From a virus (Duplodnaviria; Caudoviricetes): DNA of 29,288 nucleotides. Position 1 is the first letter of the stretch; each line of letters begins with the position of its first letter. This document shows positions 8,400-17,300 of this stretch, in pieces. The DNA lies in IMG/VR virus record IMGVR_UViG_3300017909_001442, positions 1 to 29,288 of that record. One strand, given 5' to 3'. Below the pieces are notes generated by a model. The model did no database searches and was not told the DNA's origin. It saw only the letters and a program-made list of their open reading frames with translations. Position numbers and translations under genes: made by a program.

Positions 8400-8414
8400 T
8401 AGCGTAAAGCAGAT

Positions 8415-8453
8415 AGAGTTAATCCCTGGTCCTTATGGACCAGGGAACTCTTA
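8415..8453 (+). terminator. Stem-loop after head genes (terminator or attenuator)
   Basis: TCCCTGGTCC-TTAT-GGACCAGGGA (8423-8446), extendable by AGAGT/ACTCT. U-tract is weak. Confidence 0.6.
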
Positions 8454-8459
8454 CACAAT

Positions 8460-9146
8460 ATGACAAGAACTCAAATGCACACAAAGCTAGGACTTCGATT
8501 AGAAGATACTGGCGAAAACAATTTTAACACAGCTACTAAAGATAGTGCATTAAATAGCGCACAGAGAATGGTAGCTAATTTTTTACATGAAGCTTATTTA
8601 ACTGAGTTAGAATTCAAAGATACAGTTTTAATCAGTGGGACTGGTGGAATCATTCGATTGACTGGTACTGGTACTTATCCAAATGATGCAAACATTTCAA
8701 GTCAAGTACCAATTCGTAATAGTATTCGTGCAGTGCAACTTGGTACAAAGTATGCAATAAGAATTCCTTTTTCAGATGCAAAAAAACTTGAGAATGAATA
8801 TCTAGGTGCAGATTCTGTAAACCCAGTGTATTGGGTGTTTGGTAATAATGTAAACATTAGGCCAAATGCACAAGTGGGTGGTTTTACAACTGCACACTTA
8901 TATTATCTTAAAACACCTACCGATATGGCTCCAGCAGTTTCAAATGGTCCAGCCGAGGTGCAACCAATCCTTAATTCTGCATTACATGATATTATGATTG
9001 ACCTTGCAGAAGCAGAACTGTGGAGAATGGATAATAAGCCTGATAGGTCCCAACTGGCTAAAGCTTCTGCAATGGAACAAATTAAAATGTTAAATGATAG
9101 GTATGCTATCGAACAACCGACTGGAGTAGGGCATGACATGGGATAA
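8460..9146 (+). CDS. Head-tail adaptor / tail ring protein 1
   Basis: Position after head genes. LNSAQ helix, PVYWVFGNNVNIRP, YYLKTP, PIL..ALHDIMIDLA pattern of podoviral adaptors. Confidence 0.7.
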   Translation: MTRTQMHTKLGLRLEDTGENNFNTATKDSALNSAQRMVANFLHEAYLTELEFKDTVLISGTGGIIRLTGTGTYPNDANISSQVPIRNSIRAVQLGTKYAIRIPFSDAKKLENEYLGADSVNPVYWVFGNNVNIRPNAQVGGFTTAHLYYLKTPTDMAPAVSNGPAEVQPILNSALHDIMIDLAEAELWRMDNKPDRSQLAKASAMEQIKMLNDRYAIEQPTGVGHDMG

Positions 9147-10092
9147 GCTTATAGCAAGGGCCTTAGTGCCATTTGAAGGAAGGATTGGACAATTAGATAA
9201 AAGGGCTGGATTATATCTAGATGAGGCCCAGGAAGATTTTAGTTTATATACTAGATGCTTTGTAAAGAAAATTAACATTTACTACTACAAAGAAAAGTCA
9301 CATGTCACTTTACCAAATGATTTTATAGAATTAGCAGATAAGCCCATATTTAGGTCAAATGTGCTTACAAAAGCTATGAGCAATAGTTTTGACTATAAAC
9401 GTAGTTTAGACACGAATTTGGTGCGAATATCGGAGCCATGTGAGTATTACATAGAAGATAATAGGTTATATCTTATACCTAGACCGCCAAAGAGTGGTGT
9501 GTTAACCATTACATATGTAGCTGTACCCAAAAGCCTAAGAACTTTAACTGGTATGAAGCGGTTCAGGTTTGATACTGTAGTATCAGAATATTTTAGAGTT
9601 GGTGATGTAATAAAATCTAGAGTAGGTGCTAGTAATAGTACTACTACTACGGCTACAGTACAGCGTATAGAATATATGGATGCATTAGAAGGTCATGTTG
9701 TGATATCAAACATTACTAACGGATTTACAAATGATAATGAAGATTTTTTTGCTAGTGGCGGTGAAGCTGACCAGTATGTTAACAGCTACGGCACAAATTG
9801 GAATCAATTTATTGAGACTTGGAATGTTCTTGGTATTGGTGGCTTAGCAAGGACAAAAGGTGTACAGTTTGATTTTTCAGATACAGAGCCACAAATCCCT
9901 GACGTATACCATCATTATCTAGTCGATTATGTAAAAGCAATGATACATCAAGATATTGGCAACGGCCAAGAATATCAAAACCATTATGCTTTATATGTAG
10001 CAAACAGAGAAAAAGCTAGAAGTGTGGTTGCTAACAAGGACCAGGGAGGAATGAGTTTTGTAGCTGATAGGCTAGGTATTGGAAGCTATTAA
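9133..10092 (+). CDS. Head-tail adaptor / tail ring protein 2 with inserted domain
   Basis: LDEAQ, LPNDF, PCEYYIEDNRLYLIPRP, LTITYVAVP, PQIPDVYHHYLVDYV. Confidence 0.72.
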   Translation: MTWDKLIARALVPFEGRIGQLDKRAGLYLDEAQEDFSLYTRCFVKKINIYYYKEKSHVTLPNDFIELADKPIFRSNVLTKAMSNSFDYKRSLDTNLVRISEPCEYYIEDNRLYLIPRPPKSGVLTITYVAVPKSLRTLTGMKRFRFDTVVSEYFRVGDVIKSRVGASNSTTTTATVQRIEYMDALEGHVVISNITNGFTNDNEDFFASGGEADQYVNSYGTNWNQFIETWNVLGIGGLARTKGVQFDFSDTEPQIPDVYHHYLVDYVKAMIHQDIGNGQEYQNHYALYVANREKARSVVANKDQGGMSFVADRLGIGSY

Positions 10093-12347
10093 TGATTATA
10101 GAAGTCAAAGAGTTTAAAGGCTTAGCTACAAATGCAGACCCTAATGATATTGGTTTAGAGTTTTCTCGGATTAATACAAATTTTAGTCTTGATAGGTTAG
10201 GCACACTTACAAAACAAAAAGGTAGAGGAAGTCATACTGATTTATCAGGTATACAAATTTCTCAATTGCAGTATTGGTCACCATCAAACCTTGATATAGA
10301 CAATGCTGAGATACCAGCTGTATGGGTAGGGTTTGATGCTACTAATAATAAAATAAAAAGATTAAATAATAATTTTAGTAGTCCTACAGATTTAGGTAGT
10401 ACACTCACAGCTTCTAGTGTTGTGGACTTAAATGACAATGGACAAGATTTTAGAATAGCAACAGACAATCTAGCAAACCCACCAAAAATTTTACAACATA
10501 TAAGTAGAAAGTTTTTTGAAGGTAATGATACAGTAAATGAATATGTTGTGCAAAATGCAACTCCAGTACACCCAACAACAGCTGAGATGGATTTTCAATT
10601 ATTAACAGCAGTTAACTTGGGTGCTAATACTGGATTGACATTAGCAAATAACACTTACAACTATAAACTAAGTCCGATATTTGACGGCTCTCAAGAACTA
10701 CCATTGCCATCTACATTTAGAACTGTCACTACTGGGGATGCAAATAAGTGCAATAAAATTTCTATAAGATTTCCTAATCAATCAGGGAGCGGTACTGAAC
10801 CAAATAAAACGTATGCTTTTAATCCTAGAATTACCAGTGTGAAGATTTATAGGGAGACTGGTAACGATGATAATTATTACCAGGTTGGTGAGGTCCCAAT
10901 AAATACATCTAACGATACTGATAATATTATATTTGAAAACAAAACAGTGTATGAGGGTAATGGGCATGTATTTAGTAATTCATTTATAGATGAGTATACT
11001 TCTTTAACGGCTTCAAGTGGAATATTAGACACTATAAATGTTACCACTAGCCAAGTAAGGGTTTCTGTAAAGCTTTTATATTGCATTTTAGGAAAAAACG
11101 ATGATGGTACAGATGATGCAATAAATGTTTTAAATAACAGTCCAAGAATCTTTAGTGTTACCTTGACTAGTTCTAATGGTACAAGTTGGACAGCTAACTC
11201 TAATGATGCACCAAGAAATAATTCAGCATTTACATCACTTTTGCAAAAAGGTATAGTCGCTGTAACAGCTCAGCCTAGTGATGATAATAATTTTTTTAAT
11301 CAAAACAGTAAAATAGTCCGAGTGGTAGTTGAAAATGATAGTATTATATCCAGTGCAAATAATGCTAGTGCTGACATATCAAATGTAGTATATCACGACA
11401 AAGCTTTAATATATGATATGCCTGATGCAGACCGCTTTGGTATAAATGGTGCAAATGGATATATAGCTGTTGATGCAAGTGATGGGCAAAGAGTCGTATT
11501 AGAATCTGTTGGTAAAGCTGTAAGACTTGATAGTGTTACTGCTTATAGCGATAGTGATTCTGTTGACCTATATAAAGATTATGTTATTACAAGAGATAGT
11601 ACACATACAGTTGCTCATTTTTATGATATTGGATATACTAATAGTTTTTTAGCACCATTTTTAGGTACAGATGCCAATGTAGATACTAGATATAAATATA
11701 GTCAAATGATTGGCGATATGAATTTTGTTGGTAATGTTAGGCTGGACCCAAATGGTAACCCTGAAGACCATCCTGATTTTGTTATGTTTAGCGAATCAGG
11801 GCAACCTGATATTATACCAAGTACAAATTTTATAAGAATACTTGACCAGCAAGGTGGTTCTATCATAGGAATGAATAGAATACTTAATAACCTGGTCGTA
11901 TTTATGACACGAGGTATTTTTAGGTTAGATGTATCATCAGGTGACCCATCTTTATTTACGCTTTTAGAAGTAAATACTGGTATTGGTTGTGTCGCACCTG
12001 AGAGTATTGTTAATGCACAAGATAATTTATTTTTCTGTTCTAAAGATAATATATATCAAATTAGGCCTGACTTTACTTTTATCCCAATATCTAAATCTAT
12101 AGAAGATACATACCAGGGAATAGCTAACATATCATCCTCTAAAATAATTTATGACATCAAAAGAGATAGGCTCATTTGTACCCTGGGCAATGACCATACC
12201 AATATTTACATGTATGATTTAAATACTCAAGAGTGGACCAAGTTAAACTTTGATGATAGTAGTTTTAAAACAGCAAACTTTTTTACAGTAAATGATGATT
12301 TAGATTTATTTACTGTAGATGTTTATGATAACAATCCGAGTCCATAA
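10092..12347 (+). CDS. Tail nozzle / DNA-stabilisation protein (P22 gp10, T7 gp12-like), N-terminal part
   Basis: FKGL start, beta-propeller-like segments VMFSESGQPD, LVVFMTRGIF, GIGCVAPESIV, IYMYDLNTQEWT. Confidence 0.75.
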   Translation: MIIEVKEFKGLATNADPNDIGLEFSRINTNFSLDRLGTLTKQKGRGSHTDLSGIQISQLQYWSPSNLDIDNAEIPAVWVGFDATNNKIKRLNNNFSSPTDLGSTLTASSVVDLNDNGQDFRIATDNLANPPKILQHISRKFFEGNDTVNEYVVQNATPVHPTTAEMDFQLLTAVNLGANTGLTLANNTYNYKLSPIFDGSQELPLPSTFRTVTTGDANKCNKISIRFPNQSGSGTEPNKTYAFNPRITSVKIYRETGNDDNYYQVGEVPINTSNDTDNIIFENKTVYEGNGHVFSNSFIDEYTSLTASSGILDTINVTTSQVRVSVKLLYCILGKNDDGTDDAINVLNNSPRIFSVTLTSSNGTSWTANSNDAPRNNSAFTSLLQKGIVAVTAQPSDDNNFFNQNSKIVRVVVENDSIISSANNASADISNVVYHDKALIYDMPDADRFGINGANGYIAVDASDGQRVVLESVGKAVRLDSVTAYSDSDSVDLYKDYVITRDSTHTVAHFYDIGYTNSFLAPFLGTDANVDTRYKYSQMIGDMNFVGNVRLDPNGNPEDHPDFVMFSESGQPDIIPSTNFIRILDQQGGSIIGMNRILNNLVVFMTRGIFRLDVSSGDPSLFTLLEVNTGIGCVAPESIVNAQDNLFFCSKDNIYQIRPDFTFIPISKSIEDTYQGIANISSSKIIYDIKRDRLICTLGNDHTNIYMYDLNTQEWTKLNFDDSSFKTANFFTVNDDLDLFTVDVYDNNPSP

Positions 12348-12712
12348 TGGCATTTGTAACACAAATAAGAGAAATGCATGTCAATAGTAGTTCTGAAACT
12401 ATTAAAGGTAGTTATCAAACAGGTATCATAGATATTAGTGGTAAGTACGATAGAGCAAATATTGTACGAAGAATAAATTTGCATTATGACAGTGCATCTG
12501 TCATTACATGTAAAGCTTTTGCAGATGGTGAGATAAGTGGCACTGCATTATTTACAATTACATTTCCAGCTAATAGTAGCAGTGGAAGTAAAATAGTAAG
12601 TAGGAGGCCTTCAGCTGGAGGTAGAGCAAAAGCAATATCAATATTATTAGAAACAGCGAATGATAACAACAGTGCAGTTATCAGAAAATTGGAGATAGAA
12701 ATAGATGGCTAG
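12347..12712 (+). CDS. Nozzle C-terminal-like domain as a separate ORF
   Basis: SYQTGIIDISG...VRRINLHY...RAKAISILLE...IRKLEIE resembles the usual C-terminus of nozzle proteins. TAATG-coupled. Confidence 0.6.
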   Translation: MAFVTQIREMHVNSSSETIKGSYQTGIIDISGKYDRANIVRRINLHYDSASVITCKAFADGEISGTALFTITFPANSSSGSKIVSRRPSAGGRAKAISILLETANDNNSAVIRKLEIEIDG

Positions 12713-12962
12713 AATAAAATTTGCCGATGAAAAGGTCGATAAAGGTGTACAGCAAGTAACACAGACCAGGAAAAAAGAAACAATGACCAAGGTAACAACT
12801 GGTGAGGTAAAACCAAATCAAATAAAAGAAAATCAGTTTGTTTTCACTTCAATTAAAAAAGGTCAGATTGGTCCAAGTGAACCACCAACTGATGAGTCAA
12901 GAATTTATTTTAAAGATAGTGAGGGTAACACCTTCATGTTTACTGGAACGAAAGTAGGTTAG
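12705..12962 (+). CDS. Hypothetical virion protein (85 aa)
   Basis: SD GGAG, overlaps the previous stop, in operon. Confidence 0.7.
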   Translation: MARIKFADEKVDKGVQQVTQTRKKETMTKVTTGEVKPNQIKENQFVFTSIKKGQIGPSEPPTDESRIYFKDSEGNTFMFTGTKVG

Positions 12963-12964
12963 TT

Positions 12965-13558
12965 ATGAGTGCATATACTACAGCATTAAAAATGGCGGTC
13001 CCTAGTTTATTTAAGGGAGTGTCAAGTATGTTTAATAAACCACCGCAAAGGAAGGTGTCTAGTGATACTACGGCCTTGTTAAACAAACAAAGGCAAATTG
13101 CAAAAGAAGGTTTATATGGTCAGGATGTAAAAAATGAAATAATGACTGACGTAAAACAAGCTGATAAAGAAACAGATAGTAAAATTAGAAGCACAGCCGT
13201 AAGGCAAGGATTAGAAAGTAGTGGTATTGTTGCGGACCAATTAATTAAGAAAGGTGGTCAGACTACATTACAAATCGCTAGACTAGCAAAGGAAATAGCC
13301 AGGGCAAATGAACAATCAAAGTTAGATGCATTACAATCTGCTAGTCAAACTAGTCAAGGTATAGAAGATGTGCGATACACAAATGCGCTAAACAGATTTC
13401 AAAGAAGAGATGACATTATTGGTTCTTTTGCTGATGCATTAAGTACTGGTACAGCTGGTTATTTTGACGCTGTGAGACAAGAGAATTTGATAAAAGCTAT
13501 AGAAGGAATAAGCCCCGAAGATGAAGATATAGCTCTTGAAATTTTATTAAATAGTTAG
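12965..13558 (+). CDS. Internal virion / ejection protein (small)
   Basis: Helical, Gln/Ala-rich, AVRQGLESSGI segment. First of three increasing-size ORFs after the nozzle, like T7 gp14-16 or P22 gp7/20/16. Confidence 0.6.
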   Translation: MSAYTTALKMAVPSLFKGVSSMFNKPPQRKVSSDTTALLNKQRQIAKEGLYGQDVKNEIMTDVKQADKETDSKIRSTAVRQGLESSGIVADQLIKKGGQTTLQIARLAKEIARANEQSKLDALQSASQTSQGIEDVRYTNALNRFQRRDDIIGSFADALSTGTAGYFDAVRQENLIKAIEGISPEDEDIALEILLNS

Positions 13559-13567
13559 AGGTGCGAT

Positions 13568-14359
13568 ATGAGTTATTTAGATGCATTACAAAGAACACAA
13601 CAAAGTCAAGATGGTACTAGTAGTGGCTATGTAGAAACTGATATTAGAAAACCATCAGACCCTAATGTAAGGGCTTTAAAAAAAGCAAAATACAAAACTC
13701 TTTTTGAATCTTTGACTCCTAAAGAGAGAATGGACATAAGAAAAAAGCTGGAAGCAAGAAAAAAAATGCGAATAGAAAAAGCAAAGCCTATTAACGATGA
13801 TTTTAAAAGAAGAGCTACACAAAATCAGAAGCGTACTGAATCTATAATAAGTGATAAAGAAGCCCAAATGAAAGCAATAAAAGATGCTGAAAACAAAGCT
13901 ATAGCAAAAAAAGAAAAAGCAGAAGAAAAAGCAGAAGCTAAAGCCGATAGAAAACGAGAAAGCCAGGATAAAATGTATCTTGATTTTGGTAGTGTAAAAC
14001 TTTATCAATCTAAAATACAAGGTGAAATACAAAATAAAATAAATGAGAGAGCATTAGCATTAGCAAAAATAGAAGCAGAGTTTCCATTAAGAAATAAAGA
14101 AGGTGAGATGATTGGTATCCAGCCATCAGCAGAAGCACAATACGATGCTACGGCTAGTCAATATACAAATCAAATCAATCAATTAAAGCAACAAGAAAAA
14201 GAAGAATTAAGAGTAAAAGTAGATAAACTAGCTTTTGAGACATTGCAAAAATATGGTGACCGATTGACAGACGAACAAATTTTTCAATTGTTTGACAGAG
14301 AAGGTTTGGGAGAATACTACAAAGACTTTTTAAGAAGAGAAAAGGCTAAAAATCAATAA
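13568..14359 (+). CDS. Internal virion / ejection protein (middle), coiled-coil
   Basis: SD GAGGTG, K/E-rich helical sequence, TAATG-coupled to the giant ORF. Confidence 0.6.
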   Translation: MSYLDALQRTQQSQDGTSSGYVETDIRKPSDPNVRALKKAKYKTLFESLTPKERMDIRKKLEARKKMRIEKAKPINDDFKRRATQNQKRTESIISDKEAQMKAIKDAENKAIAKKEKAEEKAEAKADRKRESQDKMYLDFGSVKLYQSKIQGEIQNKINERALALAKIEAEFPLRNKEGEMIGIQPSAEAQYDATASQYTNQINQLKQQEKEELRVKVDKLAFETLQKYGDRLTDEQIFQLFDREGLGEYYKDFLRREKAKNQ

Positions 14360-17300
14360 TGAGTGATTGGAGAGAAAGGCTTAAAGATTTAGACATAGAA
14401 TCTTTAGGTGGAAATACTTATTCAGTAGAGGGTGTAAACAATGTTGTGAGTCCTACTACACAGCCAATGAATGAAGTACCTCAAATAAAAATCGAACCTA
14501 TCGAGAATAAAAGCTTGGTAGATTCTATTATTGAAAAAGGTGAGGACCCCAATGTACCTATGGTTCCTGAAGATAAGTACAAGCTTCCAAAACAATTAAC
14601 AACAATTGACAGTCTTAGAAAAAAAGGTTTTGACAATAAGCGCATTTTTGATGCGATGGAAGAACTAGAAAGAATAGAAGCAGAGAAGGAAGAAAGAAAG
14701 AAGAATCCAGTTCAGGGACCACAAGACCCAAGCATACCAAAAATAGAAATACAAGAAGACGATGATTATCTTGATAGACTTATTAAACCTATAAAAGCGC
14801 AATTCCTTGCTGGGGAATTAAAAAAAACAATTGGTGGTGTAATGCAACAATTAGCAGTTACCCAGCCAGGACCTAGGATTGGTAGAGGTGGTAGGGTCAT
14901 AAGAGATTTTTCTGTAGAAGAGGCAACAGAAAGAACATTAAATAATCCAATATTTAAAACTGGTGTAAAATTATTTGAGAGTGGTATGGAGGATTTTGCA
15001 AGTAGACCTGACTTGCAACCGACAGATAATTTTATGGACTACGAATGGTCAGACCCTAAATTTATAGCAAGTGCTGTAGGTCAAGCATTGCCAAGTTTTT
15101 TAACTTTTATTATTCCTAGTACAGCTGTAGCTGTAGCTACTAGAAACCCTAGTGCAGTTTTTGCGACTACTATGGCAACAGCATATGGTATGGAAGCTGG
15201 TAGTATGTACAATGAGGCAATAGAAGCTGGGCTAACACCGCAAGAAGCCTCTAATGTTGCATCAACAGTAGGTGTGATAAACTCTATGATAAGCCTTATA
15301 CCAGCTGGTGGCATTTTTACAAGACTAGGCCTAGGTAATAAAGCTATACAAGATATAATGATAAAGGGTGCTATTCGTAGACAATTTGCTAAGAATGTCG
15401 GTAAAAAAGCTTTTATTGGTGGTTTTACCGAAATGTCAGAAGAGATTTTGCAAGAATGTACAAACATATTAGCTGAGACTACACAGTTAGGAAAAGAGTA
15501 TACAACAGAAGAAATTATTAAAAGATTACAAGCCGTTGCGATTGGTGGTGGAGCATTAGGATTAGGTGGTGGTGTAGGTAGCGGTTATGTTCAGACCAAA
15601 ACAGATGTGAAACAAGCTATATTTGAAGAAAATAAAGATGAAATATTAGCACAGCGCAATCAACTACAAGAAAGGCTTACTGTAGAAACACAAGCGCAAA
15701 TGATAAATGATGATGAAGCAAATGATTTTAACATACAATACAATAAAGAAGATGATGGTAGTAGAGAAATTTTAGAATCGGAAATTAAAGCAAGGGGTTA
15801 TAATCCTGAACAATTTCCATTAATAGGAGAAAATGAAAATGGAGAAAAAAGATATGGAGTCAGGGTTAACGGAGCGACAGATTCAAAAGGCAATATATCC
15901 CTTAGTAACAGAGCGACTGGAAGCACAATTCTTGAAGAAGTCATCGAATCAAGAGTTAAACAGCTCAGAAACTCAAAAAATGTCCAAGAAAGAGCGTTAG
16001 CAGACAAAATTGAAATTTGGGCCAAGTCTGTTCGAAAAAAGGCTTCAGAAATGGGCCTAGAACTGCGTTTTAGCGAGGAAGGCGAAGGTAACCTTGAGTT
16101 ATTTTCTGATGCGATTCTATACACCAAAGGGGGCTTTAAAGGGCTAGACCAAAAATTTGAGGATGCAATTTACGTTCCTGATGACTTAGCCAACCAATTT
16201 ATAGGTGTAATTGGTGAAATGAGCGATGGAACTAAGATTTTTGATGCATTAAAAGCAAGTGGACCAGGCATTGCACCCAATCAACAGTTTGCAAGTGGTG
16301 TAGATGCAGAAATGCAATCACAGTTGTATGGGCCTCCAAAAAAACAACGTAGTCCACCAACCGCTAAAATACCAAAATCAAAAAAATCCAATCAAATGGT
16401 TGGTGGCTCAGTAATTCAAGAAAAAGCTAAAGTCACTGTTGAAGATGCAAACAACCCAAATGGCATCGATACATATACTACACTTTCAGTAGATGGCGGT
16501 AAAATCGTAATTGGTCAAATGGAGGACAAAACAAGAAGGCCTTTTATTTATGAGATTGAAGTTGACGAATCAAAAAGAAGGCAAGGTATAGGTAGTTCAC
16601 TTCTTCAACAAGCTATAAACATGTTTGGTGTTATAAATGGCCAAGCATCAAATGATAGTGCAGTTGAAATGAATTACAAACTAGGTATGAGAGCCTACGA
16701 TAAATCAGGTAGAGAATTAAGTCTAGCTGAAACCAAAAAAAGACGAAGAGAAGATACTTCGGTTCAGATGATATCAAAGGTAGGTGACAGAAATATAGAC
16801 TCACCAGCATTTAAAAAATGGTTTGGTAATTCAGTTGTGCAAAATGATAATAGGCCAGTTGTAATGTATCATGGCTCTCCTTATAGTTTTGATAAGTTTG
16901 CAACAGATGAAGATGGAATAAGTTGGTTTAGTGATAACTCTGAATTGGCAAATGTGTATGCAAGACAAAGAACTCAAGAACTTCAATTGTCAGATTATGA
17001 CGGCTCTGCACAAATATATCCAGTTTACTTAAAAGTAGAAAACCCACTAATACTTACCAAAGATTTAAATGAAAATATATCAGTAGAAGAGTTTAATGAC
17101 TTAACTGGAGTAGATGTTAGTAAGGTAACTGAATTACAAGATAGCGGAGATATTTTAGCTATATGGGAATTTCTCGCTGAGCCTGGTGTCCAAAATGCAA
17201 TAAAAAAAGCTGGTTATGATGGTGTTGCTGGAACAGAAAGTCATAGGAATAAAGATTTTAGCATGAATCAACTTATGCAAGGAGTTTTAAGCGAGGATAG

